From Prorocentrum cordatum (lineage: Eukaryota): 64,000 nt of DNA. The notes beneath the pieces were generated by a model. The model saw only the letters and a program-made list of their open reading frames with translations. It was not told the DNA's origin and searched no databases. The position numbers and the translations under genes are program-made. Numbering within the stretch: the stretch's first letter is position 1; the number at the start of each line of letters is the position of its first letter. Where the stretch lies: NCBI GenBank assembly GCA_963575745.1, contig CAUYUJ010000001.1, forward strand, positions 868,001-932,000, in the 5' to 3' direction. Shown piece by piece: positions 1-13,400 of this stretch.

Positions 1-419
1 AGGAAGGATAACGAATAACATTATTATAGCGGCGATGCCAGAAAAGGCAACCAGGAGTTATCGCTAAATTGCCGGCTTGACCTTCCTGCTATTCCGCCTG
101 CATACCAAACTTCAAGGACCAAGGTGCAGGGCGCGAAGCGCCACTGCAGTCTTGTATATATATATATATGTATATGTATACAAGTGGCACGTGTGTGCCC
201 AGGCTCATAGAAGTGATGCAAGATGGGCTGGCGGAGTGAGCGAAGCGATTAACAAGAGAAGTGTAAGCACGATTTCCACCAGCCGATCTGTTTCACTAGA
301 CAACTTGTGGAGGGAAAAAGAAGGAGGAGAAGAGGAGGAGGATAGCTGCTGGGAGTGAAATGCAATAGCGAGGTCGCACTCGAGCGCAAGTGGGGTTGCC
401 ACACCTTGCGATGTGTGTA

Positions 420-760
420 CTAGGGCCCCCCAGGAAGCCTCAGGAGGCCCGACTTGGATACCGGAAGAGACTCCAGGAGGCCCCAGGATTGTGAGTGTTG
501 TGTGGGTGTGTGTGTGTGTGATGTGTGCTCTGTGTTGAGCGTGTCTTCTGTGCGTTGTATGTGTGTGTGTGTTATGTGTTTCTAGCGTGTGATGTGTTGG
601 GTGTGATTTGTGTAAGAGGCTCCAGGAGGCCCCAGGAGGCCCCAGGAGTTTCCAGGAGACCCCCAGGAGGCTCCAAGGCGGGGTCTGGGGCACCAGAAGG
701 TACAGAAAGCCCCAGGAGGTTCGAGGAGGCCCCCAAGAGGTTCCGAGGCAGGGTCTTGGG
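420..760. repeat. CCCCAGGAGG-type ~10-bp degenerate satellite interrupted by a (GT)n-rich tract
   Basis: Recurrent ccccaggaggc/ctccaggag units; GT-rich stretch at ~495-612. Confidence 0.7.
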
Positions 761-1059
761 TACCAGAAGGTACGTCGGGGCTCGATGTTGGGAGGATGTC
801 TCAGGCGAAACCGCCATGTTTTGAGAATCGGGATAAAAATCATTGACATTGCCATGTGTTTGAAGGTTTTATGTTAACATGTTGAAATTCCTATGTGTGT
901 TTGGACCCTGACGTCACGATCTCTGTGAGGGGTGCCACCGATTTTCCGAATTTCGAGGATGTCCCTAGCGAAACGGCTAGAAAAATCGCGAACGACGCGG
1001 CGCGTATGCATTAATCGCCTCTGAGCCCTTCTCCCTCGGAGAGGTGCGTATGAGAGCGT

Positions 1060-1290
1060 GTGTATATATATATATATATAGATATACATGTATATATAAA
1101 TATATATAGAATCGATTCGCATATTATATAATAGAATCAAATGAGCTACAATACAGTACAATATATACATATGTATATAGATTCAACCATCCATAATTGC
1201 ATGCATATCTGCATACATACATACATGCATGCATACATACATACATGCATACATACGTCTATATATACACAGATATAGCTATACATAGAA
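1060..1290. repeat. (TA)n and (ATAC/ATGC)n microsatellites
   Basis: Directly visible tatata and catacatacatgcatg runs. Confidence 0.85.
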
Positions 1291-1399
1291 AGAGAAGGAG
1301 CTAATCCAACCCAGATCCACCAATCCCAAATGCACCCACACCTCACTACCCCTCATCACTCATCATTCTTCGCGGTCCACTGTAGCGGCCCAAGAGCGG

Positions 1400-3190
1400 C
1401 GGCATGCTAGCATAGAGGATGGCGGTCGGGCGTGTCCACCGCTAGCGTCAACGGCTATCCAGACCTGGGGGGGAGGAACGCGGGGAAGAGGGGGGAACAA
1501 CGAGAGGGCGGAAGAAAGACGGGACACAGACCCAGAACCTCCAGAACGTTTCGACCTCGGACCTCCTACCTGCACGGGCGACCGGCGACGCGACACATCA
1601 ACATGCACGGCACATGTTGCCTGAGATTGACGAAGCACACCTCAGGCATTGGAGGAGGGAGGCAGGTGGAAGGGAGGAAGGTGGAAGGGAGGGAGGCTCC
1701 TGGCGGACGGGTGGCTGCTGCCGCGGGTCCACCCCGCTGCCATGTGCATTTTCGATTGGATACACGTGGTCTTCGTCAACGGCATCTTCGGCACTGCCGT
1801 TGGCCAGCTCACGCAGTTTGCCCAGAAGAAGGTCGTTGGCTTCAAAGCGCGCGGCTTCAGCTACGCGGCCATCCACGCGGCCGTGGCGGGATTCCAGTGG
1901 CCAAAGCTCGTTGGCACAGGGCCCACTGATGTCTTCAGTCCCAAGAGAGCTGCCTCGCACTGGAATGACGCCAACTTCAAGGTGATCGCCAGCGAAGGCC
2001 TGAGCATTATGTCCTTCTTGCTCTGCTTCCTGCGGGCGGCCGTTGCCGCGATCGACGACGTGTTGCTGACTCGGCATGCGATGTGCTTCGCGATGCTGTG
2101 CGGCATCGCGCAGGCTCTGCACGGCGTCCCCCCCCCCCGGGACGGCGTGGACGCGGCGGCGCTGCAGCGCGACATCAATGTTTTGTGGGCGGGCTTCTGC
2201 TCTTGCACGGCCAAGAGCAGATGCAGCCGAACTTACATTATAGCTGTTGTGTCACAAGGACGCCTGCCATGCGAGCTCGCTGCAACGGGCGCGCGGGGTC
2301 GGAGGGGTGGGGGTGGGGAGGCGGGGGTGCGGTGGGGGGGAGGGCGAGGGAAGACCAGGATCGATGGAAATCTGGATGAGCAGCAGCATCAGCAGGTATT
2401 CAGTTGATGATGGTGAAGATGACGATGCTGACGGCGATGCTGATGACGATGGTCATTCCCCCCCCCTTGCGCGGACACGCGGGCCGATGAGGTAGCGGCT
2501 GCAGCCGCCCAGCTCAGCTACACATCGCCGCGGCTGCAGCCGCTCAGCTCTCCATGCGGGCGCTGGCAGACCTCCTGCACCTTCCAGGGCTCATCGACAG
2601 GTTCGGGCCATTGCCGACGTGTTGGCCGTTGGCCACTGGAGCGGAAGCACAAGCTGATCACGAAGTACGGCAACCACACGTTCAACACGGCCACTCCCAG
2701 CAAGACGCGCAGTTGGGAGAAGTCCGTCCCCAGGGACGTCACCTGCGAACGTCTGTTCGCGATACCCGACGACGAGCTTGGCATATAGATGTCGCTCATG
2801 GCGCCGACGAAGGCGCCCGGCAGGCAGCTGTTGGTGAGTTTGCGCGAGGGCTTCGGCGTAGCACACGCTCTTGGGGGGCAGCGTGGGCTTCAGCTGAGCA
2901 GGCACGCGCGCGTGAATGAGCACACTCGCGTCTCCGTTGGAGACGTGGTGATCTGTGCATGCGGCGCCTCGTGGTCCGTGGGTATGGTCCAGCAGGTTGT
3001 ACAGGTGTCGACTTCGCCCTCTGAGGAGCCAGCCCTCCGGGCTTTAGTCCCCCCAAGTGGGTCCAGCGCAGTGCGGGGAAGGGCTCCAGCGTCTGGGAGA
3101 CGCAGAGCCTGGGAACGCAGCACATGCGGCTGGAGGCAATCCTGCGGCCCGCCGCTTGCTGGTCGCATCGGTCTGCAGACCGATCTGTGG
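1400..3190 (+). pseudogene. Decayed DNA-transposase-like gene (CACTA/EnSpm/Plavaka-like), frameshifted and interrupted
   Basis: ORF 1649-2407 has LLAD...FDWIHVVFVNG. At 2554-2680 LLHLPGLIDRFGPLPTCWPL continues after a frameshift as LERKHKLITKYGN (ctggagcggaagcacaag), resembling the H..GP..W..ER signature of CMC-type transposases. Family assignment is by motif recall only. Confidence 0.45.
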
Positions 3191-4014
3191 TAGTGTACCC
3201 GCCTGGGTTTGAGTAGCCTCAGACGCAAGTTACCCAGACAATAATTCGCAGCAGCTGCAGCAGCTGACAACGTGGAGCTGCCGCTCCAGCAACTGCTGCA
3301 GCCCACACATGGGCATGCAGCTCGCGCTTCGTGGGCGCAAATGGTTCAACATAGTTCAACCAGAGCTTGCCTAAACACGTGGAAGCTAAGTCCCGTCCGT
3401 CTGAACTGTTAGCAGCTAATTCATGTCAAGGCTGTGTAAAGTCAAATTAAAAGTTAGCATCTGCATGTTGAAACAGCTCGAGTGCTGCTAAGTTTGGCGA
3501 GTCGATCTTACTCTTCTGTGATTCGGAAATCTACCGAAGCAGGACCTAAAACATTCGAAATTGGTCCGAGACGAAAGCTGTCCCCCAAAAAGCGATCTGG
3601 AAGCTGCGGGGCCGCGGATTGAAAATGACACCTCTGCTACAACAGACCACGAACAGCTTCGCACGGTTCATGCTAAGGGGGCCGCGATGGGGGGGCCCAC
3701 GATGTGCCACCCATGTCGGGGGCCCGGCATTACTCACCGGCCAGGCGTAGGACCCTTACAGGCAAGCGGACGTCGTTATTGTTCACGGCGTAGACCTACA
3801 GGACCGGCTTTTCATCCTGAGCAGTTCTGTTGACGGTCTTGGGGCACGCAGCGCTGGCGTCCAGAGGTTGACAGTTGTCCCAAACCCGCCGTCGTTCTTT
3901 CAGGGGCGATGCTCGCCAGAGCGATGCCCTGGGCGCCTCGAGAGGTCGATCGGTACGACGACAAGCGGTGAGCGGCTCGTGCGTGCATGGAGGACGGGGA
4001 GGCTGGAGGGGAGG

Positions 4015-4190
4015 GGGGAGGAGGAGGAGGAGGAGGAGGAGGAGGAGGAGGAGGAGGAGGAGGAGGAGGAGGAGGGGAAGGAGGGGAAGGAGGGGAAGGA
4101 GAAGGAGAAGGAGGAGGAGATCGAGGAGGAGGGCAGTAGGGGGAGGAGGAGGAGGCTGAGGAAGAGGAGGAGGAAGACGAGGAGGCTAGA
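4015..4190. repeat. (GAG)n microsatellite
   Basis: Long gaggaggag run. Confidence 0.95.
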
Positions 4191-6499
4191 GGGGGCATGA
4201 CTTGGTGGCGGTGGTGGCGACGATTGTGACGATGAGGTGGCGGTGGTGGCGACGATGGTGACGATTACGACGATGTCCTTCCTGCTGTTGTTGCCGTGGT
4301 GGTTGTAGTGTTTCGCCCGCCCCAGCTGCTCGATGCCGCTCGATGCCAATCACATAGTTCGATGACAGGACGTGTGCGTGGGGGCAGATCTTTGCGCTCC
4401 TCCTCCTCCACCTTCCTGCTTCATGGGCGTCCTATTTCTTCCCCTGCCATTCCTCGCCCTCCTTCTCCTCGCCCACGTCCTCATCGTCATCGTCCTACTC
4501 TTCCTCTATCTCCCTCTCTTTCCTCCGCGTCCGCGTCATCCGTCTCCCATCTTCGTCGTCCTTGTCTTATTGATAGCCTTGTCATATTCCTCGTCTCCCC
4601 CCCTCCCCCTCGTCCTCCCCCCTACAGCCAAGACGTTGAAATAAGGGCCATTTTGAGTTTAGGAGGGGCTATGGCTTTCGGGCCAGTCCTTGGGTCCAGG
4701 TTTGCGAGCCGACTCGTGGCCGAGGGTCGCCGTGGCCAGCAAAACGCCCTCCGAGTTCCTTATCTGACGTTGCTTGTGGCAGCATGATGGCTGTGCTCCC
4801 TGGCACCTTTGCGCTTGGCCAATCAGTGAAGAGGAGGACGACTAGGAGGGGAAAGGCGCGGACCATCAGGAAGAGCGTTCTTCTGACCCTTGCCCTGGCT
4901 CTTCCTGATCGTCCGCGCCCTCCCCCTCTTCGTCGTCCTCCTCCTCCTCACTGATCGGCCACGCGCAGAGGGGGGTAGCGGAATGGGGAAGGTTTCTTGG
5001 AAGCACCCCTGCTTCTTAGGAGGCGCGGGCCTCGTCTATAGATGCACGTCTCCTTCTAAGAAGCCTCCCCCCCTCCCCCTTACCCACCAGTGTGCGCCGC
5101 CAAGATGAGTCCTCGTCCTCCGCGCCATCCTTCGCTTCCCCCCCGCCGCCCACCCCCCCAGCTGCTCGACGCCAACACGCACGTGAAGGCACCTCCTCTT
5201 CCTCGACGGGTGGGGGTGGGGGGGGGGGCAGACTCAGGGGCAACGTCAGAGTCGGATCCAGACCCTTTGAATGGGACTTTTCTCAATCGCTAGGTCCACT
5301 TTAAAAGCGTATCGTCCTTGGCAGGCCCAAGTTGAGCCCCCATAAAACAGGCTGCGGAGCGGGAGACAGAGACTCCGGCGAGAAAACTCCCCAAGCCTCC
5401 GCAACTGCATGGATGTTGGCATGTTTTGAACGGGGGCAGGACTCAGGGGCAACGCCAGGGTCGCATCCTATGGTTTTCGAGCTTTTTCGCAGGTGCCCCA
5501 AGGCTTTCCCGCCTCGGGGTGCTCTCCAGCAGCTGCGCCTCGCCAGAGCGTCCCCGACGGCCGCCAGAGGCCCGAAGTATGACCCGAAAGTGCGACGACG
5601 AGGATCATTGGCTCAGGTGGTGAGTGCATCGTCCCCGAATCGCCCATTCGTCGCCGATGGAGGCCCAGTAGGTTGCCCCGCCGAGACGCGTGTGGATTCG
5701 CTTTCAAGGGCAGATCGCTGGTCTATCGGCGATGCATCGCCGATTCCAGCGCGATGTTTCCCCCCTGAGCTGGTCCCCACACTATAGCGTTGCCCGTCGG
5801 GGGGTGGGGGGGCAGACCCGCGGGGGGCGCCGCGAAACAAAAGCACACAGACGACGTGCGTTTGAGGATTTCGGCCTCAATGCTGTTGTATTGCTCAAGG
5901 TGACAATTTTTTTGTATGGCTGATTGCTGGTGTGTACGTGTGTGTGTGTCGTTTTGTAGGCATGCCCCCAAAACAACGACCCGCGACGACAAGCCTGCCC
6001 CACGGATGGATGGGGCCGAGAGCTCTGGCCACGCCGTCAGAGTTCTCTGGGAAGGCGAGTGGAATACGAGGCGACGGAGGAGGAGGAGGAGGAGGAGCAC
6101 ATCCTGCCCCCCCTCGTCCACCCCTGCCCCCCTCCTCATCCCAGCTCATCCTCCATCTTCCTCATGCCTGCTCCTACGCGCCCCTTTCATCGCCGATCGC
6201 TGCCATCTCTCGACGGAAGCCGTTCTCTGCGGCTAGTTCGTTGTGATTTATGTTGCCCGCCTCGGCGCCGCCGCCGCCGCCGCCGCCGCAATACGTATGC
6301 TTTCGTGCTTGCGCGATTCGATTCTCTACAAAAGCCGGATCCTGCGTCCCGGCCGTGGCCGTTATTTTGCCTGGAGCTGGCTCGAGCCGCGGCGCCACTA
6401 CGACGACAGCGAAGAGAGCGCTTCCGCGAGGCCCACCGGTGGCGCAGCGGAGAGCCCGCCGGGCACCGGACGCGGCGGTCGGCGGGTGATGGCTACAGG

Positions 6500-6610
6500 C
6501 GGGGGATCTCATGGCCGGGGCCATGGGATCTCCCCGGATCCCATGGCGCCCTCTCCCTCTTACAAGACGTGCCTTGGCCACCCCCCCCTGGGGCCGCGCA
6601 CGTGCCTCGG
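6500..6610 (+). repeat. Dispersed repeat family A (hairpin-headed), copy 1
   Basis: ggggatctcatggccggggccatgggatctcccc...ccccctggggccgcgcac; similar sequence at ~16697, ~19473 and ~36243. Confidence 0.7.
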
Positions 6611-8477
6611 GCGATAATGTGCTCAGGAGCGAAAGGAGGACGGACACGTACATGAATCCACGGTGGTTTTGAGAGTGCGCATTGCGCGAACGCTCGTATT
6701 TTGCGGCTGCTCTCGCGGATTGGGGGGCCGTGTTCGTGTACGTGGCTGGGCTCGCACGTCCTTGGTGGGCTCCCTGGATGCGACCCCCCCCCGTGCTGGA
6801 CGTCCACCCCTGGAGGCCCCGAGGGATCTCCGAGAGGGCTCGGCAGGCCTCCGGTGGTCGGGGGAGCTGCCCGCTGGGGCCCGGAGAGCCAAAGGCCGCC
6901 GCGAGGCTGCGCGGGCTGGTCTTCGGCGCAGCCTCGCGGACCGCCCCGGGGGGGCGTCGCAGCGGCTGCAGGCGCTGCCCCCTGGAGGAGGAGGGGGAGG
7001 AGGAGGGGGAGGATGTAACAGCAGCGTCAGGAGACACAGATGCCATCTGGTGCCATCAGGTGCCAGGAGGAGGGGTAGGGGGAGGAGGAGGAGGAGGAGG
7101 CGGAGGAGGAGGAGGAGGAGGAACAAAAAGGGATGATCTGGATGGGATCCCGAGAGATACAGCCTCCGTCACAGCAGGTCGTGGAGCCTTCGGCCACACG
7201 CCTGCACTGCCTGCGGGGTTCGGGGGGGTGGACGCCCCGCCTTCTGCCACGCGTGCCGGCCACCATTCGCTGGAGGGGCAGCCTGCGGTGCAGCTCCATT
7301 GGGGGCTCCCAATAGCTGAGTGCGAGACGGCAGCAGCAGCTGGCGCCCTTGGGCTTGACACCCCCGCGTACCCCCCCCCCAAAAGCCGCGCACCAAATGT
7401 CACTCTTGCTTGGGGTCACTCTTGCGTGTAGCCGACTCCTGGACCGAGATGCCTCCTCGCAGAGCGACCGGGCAACGGGGCGCTCAGGGCATCCGAGGGA
7501 GGTTGCAGCTGAGAGTGACCTTGCGGCCAACCTTCGCCAGGTTACAATCTCGCGTGCTCCTGGCTCTGACCCACTCCCTACACGAGCCAGTGCGGCTGCT
7601 CTGTGTCAATACACGGCCTCGGCGGCACCCCAGCAGCAAGGGAGAAGCGGGGGAGCTGCCGCCAGCTTCGCCGACGAAGTCCTTGCCGCTTCCTTTGTTG
7701 CCCAAGGCGGGGTGCAGCCGTTTATGTCATGAGACGTTGTCTCGCATGTCGCCTGGACGAGTACCCATCGGTCCCTGAAATCTGGAATTTTTCGACGCCC
7801 AAATACCATCTACTCTAGGCGTCTTCCTACTTCAAGAGTGGAGTGGCCTTCCCTCTTCCCTCCTTTTCAGGGGGCGGGCGGAAGCCAACTCTACTTCCAA
7901 CGCCTTCCTACTTCATGTTTCTGCCCACTTCGTCCGACCGACGTGTATTGACCCCCGTTCCGTGCTGGTTTTCGCCCTCGCGGTCGAGCGCGGCGCAGAG
8001 GGTGGGGGTCATCCAGCGACATGCGGGCTCGGCTCGCCGCCGTTCGCTGCCACAGCAGGGGTGCGCAAGCCACGCTGCTGTAAGGGCCTAGAGGCGTCTC
8101 AAGGCAGCTGGTCGCGGTGCGCTCGCGTCTTGCAGGCCAGGGGTGGGCCACGCTGGGCCTAGCAGGCCTGGCGCCGGACCGCACTGCATGGCAAGCGGGC
8201 CGCCCACTGGCTGGCCTGGCGGTCCCACTGGTTGTTCAGCGGTGTGCCGCGTCCCTACTGAGCACCAGAAGCTGCCTAAGCCGACGACCGCGAGCAGGCA
8301 GATGCAGCTACAGCCCACAATCGTTCCCCCCTCCTCGGCGGAGAGCGTGCAGCACGGCAGGTGCAACCCGAGCCAGTCTTGCAATGGCCGTCTTCGAGCA
8401 CATAACGGCATGCCGTCTGACGTGAAGACGGTCGTGTGTAAATCACGCGGAGCGGATTCCTCAGCTGCAATCCGGTG

Positions 8478-8695
8478 ATGGTCGTGATGGCGGTGATGTT
8501 GTTGATAATGGTGATAGTGATGATGGTGATGGCGGTGCAAGTGAGGATGCGGTTGGTGGTGATGATGATGACGATTACGATTGCGATGATGGTGGCTGAT
8601 GTTGATGGTGATGGTGATGAGGAGGAGCAAAAGGAGGAGGAGGAGGAGGAGGAGGAGGAGGAGGAACGAGAAAGGAGGATGAGGAGGAAGAGGAC
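8478..8695. repeat. (GAT/GGT)n grading into (GAG)n microsatellite
   Basis: Directly visible. Confidence 0.85.
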
Positions 8696-9324
8696 CCGAG
8701 TAAACTAAAGATGCATGAGCGATGCTGCAAAACACCCTCCCGTCCCAATTCCTCGACCCCAATACGCCCCTACAAGTGCCCCTCTTTACTACAAGAGGCG
8801 CCTCCCTGAAATACCAGCACAGTTGGGCCTGCAAGTTGAAGGAGAGCCGCGCTTGCTTGAACAGGAGTTGTCTTGCATCCTTCTGACTTGGAACCAGGAG
8901 CGCGAGCACTGATGCTAGCCAGTGTGGACCCCAAACATTGTGTTTCTAACAATCTATGTTGTGCGTGCGATGTCTGTGGTGAAGGTGCAATCTACGTTGT
9001 GCAAGATCTGTCGCTGCGCCGTTTGTTCCAACGCGCAGCCTTGCGTCTGGGGGAGGGCGCCGCGGCAACCAGGGCAAACACCGCCTCGGGCGCGGTGGGT
9101 CCGTCGTGGGTTTTGCGCGTGGCGACCACGTCTACTTGGGCTGCGAGCCGCAGGGCTTCGTCCACTTCTCGGGCGCATCACAAACAAACGGCGCGGCGAA
9201 AGATGTGGTGCAATCTGTGTGGGGCAACCTTTGTGGTGCAATGTATGTGACGCAGCCCGTGTGACGCAACGTATGGTGCGCAATCTACGTTGAGCAATTT
9301 CCAGGCTTAAAGCAGAGCCCAGCA

Positions 9325-9530
9325 GCGCCCAGACGACGGGCGGCGACGGGGCGGCGACGGAGCGGCGACGGCAACATCCAGGCGGCGGACCTGACACCAA
9401 ACGACAGGCGGCGACGGGGCGGCGACGGGGCGGCGATGGCGACAACGAGGCGGCGGAGCTGACACAGGGGCCCAGACGACGGGCGGCGACGAGGTGCCGA
9501 CGGGGCGGCGACGGCGGCAAGAGAACGGCG
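9325..9530. repeat. GC-rich minisatellite (gacgacgggcggcgacggggcggcgac units)
   Basis: About three degenerate 60-75-bp units. Confidence 0.65.
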
Positions 9531-9639
9531 GACCCGACACCAGGAAGACCCCCTTTCCAAAGAAGGATTGTCCCCCTACCGTGAAAGTGTTGCATGTTCT
9601 TTCACTTGCACTTGGAGTCATGGACTCCGAGGAAGTTCT

Positions 9640-10290
9640 AGGCGACAGCTCCATTTTGAAAGAGCCACCAAGGATCCGTGCAGCCGCACGTGCGCTGAAG
9701 TTCGGGGTCTTTCAATCGAACAAAGCCTCAGGCGATACTCCATGTTGAAAAAGGGCAGTCTTCCATCCTGCTAAGCCTTCTTTAACACATGAATGCACGC
9801 GGTGTTGAGGCGAGTGCCCTACAAAAGAACTACCAATACTCATTCTTTCCTCTTGATGCAAGATTTTGAACCGAATGCATGCGGCGCTACAGCGAGAGCT
9901 CAACTTTGAAAAGGAACCGCCTTCCATCCGTGAAGCTAGCGCGCCCTGCGCGGCGCACTAACTTCAGGAATGTGCGCGACGCTCGGGCGAGAGCACCGTT
10001 TTGAAAGCGGCCCCTCCCCCCTTCATCTTTATAGGTGTTTATGACGAGCACGCGCGGCGCTAAGGCGAGAGCCTCATGTTGAACAGGAGTTGCCTTCCAT
10101 CCGCGAAGCTGTTGCACATGTTATACATGAATGCGCGCGGCGTTCAAGCGAGAGCCACATCTTGAAAGTTGCCCCACTGACCCGTGAAGCTGTTGCAAAT
10201 GTTGAAGACAATTGTGCGCGGCACCAATGCGAGAGCAGCATTTTGAAAACCACCCGCCTTCCATTCGTGAAGTTGTTGCGAACAATTAGA
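9640..10290. repeat. Degenerate tandem repeat (gcgagagc..ttttgaaa..ccttccatccgtgaagct core)
   Basis: Core recurs near 9650, 9740, 9900, 9995, 10075, 10155 and 10235. Confidence 0.6.
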
Positions 10291-10311
10291 ATATATGGAG
10301 CGTTCCAAACA

Positions 10312-10490
10312 TGGGCTTGCCTTCGAGGATCGAAGGAGTTGTCATCTCTTCCGCTGCAGAAGGCGGCGGAAGGACGGCGGAAGGTCGGCGGAAGTAAAAC
10401 GAGGCCGCCCCCGCCAGCGTAAGGCGGCGGAAGTAAAAGATGCGCCCCCAAGAGATGAAAACGTTTTCGGGTTAAGGGTTTCCGAAATCG
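10312..10490 (+). repeat. Dispersed repeat family B, copy 1 (second copy at ~36475-36650)
   Basis: gccttcgaggatcga..gttgtc.tctcttcc...gaaggcggcggaagtaaaa...aagag..aac..ttt.gggtt.agggttt shared between the two loci. Confidence 0.75.
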
Positions 10491-13400
10491 CCCATATGCA
10501 CGCGGCAATTTAGCGAGAGGTTCATTTTGAGCGTGACCTGTCCTCCATCAGTGACACTGCTGCGAATTTCAAGCTTCAGGTTCATCAGTGGTGTGGAAAT
10601 GTCCGATGAAACGCCTGGCCCGCCCTACCAACACATCTGGGGGTGCCACAGGGAGGAGTTGGCCAAAAGGAAGTGGTGGAGGAGCATTCGGAGGAGGAGG
10701 AGGAGGAGGAGGAGAGAGAACGGGGAGGAGGAGGAGGGGAAAGGGGAGAAAGAGGATGAGGAGGAGGAGAAAGAGGATGAGGAGGACGCGGACGAGGAGG
10801 TCGCAATCGCCGTAGTCGCCATTCGTCGCAGCCTCCCCCACCTCGCCGCCCGGCACGCGAGGCCCCGGCGCCCGCCGAGGAGACCGAGGCGCTGGCCGCC
10901 CGGGAGGCGCCCGTGGCCCCGGCCAAGGCGCCGCTGCCCCTTCCCAGCAGGAGGAGGCGGAGGAGGCGGAGGCTGCTCCCAGGAGCCGGCCAGAGAGGAC
11001 AGGCAAGCTCGTCGCTTGAGGCCTGGAGGAGACGGCCAGGAGGGGATGGAGGAGGAGGAGGAGGAGGAGGACGACGAGGAGGGAGGAGGGAGGAGGGATC
11101 CGCCGCGAAGGCCTTCATGGGCGAGCTTTTGAGGGCGCCGCTGTTGGGGTGGCGGGCGGCGGGCCGTTTTTTGTACAGGCACGGCATGCCGCCCCCTCCC
11201 AGAGGAGCAACAAGTCCTGATAGCAAATCCCTGGCGATATGATGTTTGGAACTCCGGAGCTATTCATCGATTTGGGCTATATATTGGGGCCCCAGTTGTC
11301 GGCCTGGGCCCCCTGGTCATCAGAATTGGTTCTGGGACGAGAAATCAGTCCCGGGAAGGGGGGCGGGACCTCTGAGGTCGGGCATTGAAAAATCAGAGTA
11401 TCGGATGTCTTGGTTCCAGGGTTTCGAAGATTTCTTGCTGCTCCGCGCGAGCTTCAGAAAAACGAGGGCCGCCAGATGCGACGGAGCTTCTGGAACGCAT
11501 TCTTAGCCAATCGCATCATGACATCATTCTTGTCTGACCCCTCCGCGTCGGCGGCGGCACGGCGGCGACGACGACGGCGTCGGAACTATCATCATCGGCG
11601 GCGCGCTCTCAAGGATCGCAGTTTTTTGTCGGCTTGGGCGCCTAGGGGCCGTTCGGGTTGAGATTTTTCCCCACGACAGGTTGGGGCGTGAGGGGCAGAG
11701 CCCCCGACGCCCACCCTGCATACCGCGGCCGCCAGATGCCCAGGTGCACTCACTGTTCCGAGTGTCCCGCACCTCCTCCTCGCCCTTTACTACCACCGCC
11801 CACCGTACGTACCGCAGACACCAGATCGCCATGTCCACCCAGGATCTCGAGCATTCCGCCCCCAGCCTCGCCTTGTACTACCACCGCCCACCCTGCAGAC
11901 CGCGGTCGCCAGATCCCTGACCACCCAGTGTCCCGAGTGTCCCGCCCCCCGCCTCGCCCGACATGATGACGATTACCCTTACATATAGTGAATAGTCTTC
12001 GTCCCTTTTTTCTACCACTACTGCAACAACGACTACTACAACTACGGGTACAACTGCAACATAACATAAGATGATACAACATCACATGAAATATTACAAC
12101 GGGGAGTAACACAACTGAACATAACCTAAGAGTGTTTATTCCGATCGAACCAAATTGTATGCACTAGTGTGCAACGTAACAGATGACCGCACCATAGTGT
12201 ACCATACTTGTAGGTTCGCCTGTTTACTTATAACAAGCGGAGCCAGATCAGATCTGGTATAACAGGCCAAGTCACGGAATACAAAGGTAAACATCAGAAC
12301 AGCATTGAATGTAATAGGATGATGGGCGTAGAGAAAACCATATTCAATAAACAACGTACAGCGTGGTAGACGATAGCATACCATCGCAGAACACATACCG
12401 CAACATAACGCAACATACTGACATAGCGTACGAGCAACATACATAGTGAATCAACCAGAACACCTTTGACAGTGATTATACACAGCCGCGGCCGTAGGAA
12501 CTGATCTCCGACCCGCACCACCCGCCCCGTATGATTACTGCGGTCGCCAGATCCCAAGGGCCATTGGTGGTCCCAGAGCGTCTCGCTTCGCGTCTTCGGC
12601 GAAATTCACAGCGTTACGCTGTGCAGGCGTCGCGACGCCACGCCACTACCATTACAAAACAGGCTGACCTTTGAAGAGCCTAGCATGTTTCGGTGGAGCC
12701 GAAAAGAAACGAGCACACGAGAGATGAGACAACAGCATGACTTGCTGATACCAGATGAAATAGAAACACAGCTATCATAACATATTATAGCTCAACATAT
12801 AAGAAGGGGCTTGAACATGGCATGGCGCAGTCTAGCATGAGTGACTCGACGATATTCAAGGAATCAGCATCAGGAATGCACATAATCATATGCCACAGTG
12901 CAAAAGAGAACAGCAGGGAACAACACAAATCATAGTTTAGTAACATAGACTAGGAGAGGCTACGCGACAAAACAGCATGATACACCCGGTAAACACACGG
13001 CACCATAACACAATAGTGTGGCGTGTTCAGCAATAACGAAAATGCCAGAATTCAGCAAAGCGCTGCATATGTATAGATAGTAGACAAGCGACTCAAACCA
13101 TAGCATACTATAGTGCACATGAACAGAAAAGGTCGCTCCATGAAAACAAGCAAGATTGATCAGCACATGCATGGTACAGCATCATGGGCGAGTTCTGCGT
13201 ACACGGTATCACCGAGTAGCGCATATGATGGGTCGCGCCATGACACAAGTGAGTTTGATGCCCTGCACCCGAAGGGAAAAGCACGGACACGGAACATAGT
13301 AGAGCGCGCGAACATAGAATAGAGCACCCAGCCGCGCATTTGCACGGAGCAGGGCGAGGCAGCATGAGGTTGGTTGCGTTGGCAGCCTCGGTGTGGCTTC

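Noticed and set aside
4640..4662. Possible fifth SL relic (gccattttgagtttag) after a decayed TCC tract
   Set aside because: Only a 9-nt core matches; too weak to call.
7130..7820. Possible LINE 3' remnant after a GAG tract (CLAC...W motif)
   Set aside because: Too degenerate to support by eye.
8870..9295. Cys-rich zinc-finger-like ORFs
   Set aside because: Cys enrichment can arise from TG-rich sequence, and no consistent frame or domain was recognised.
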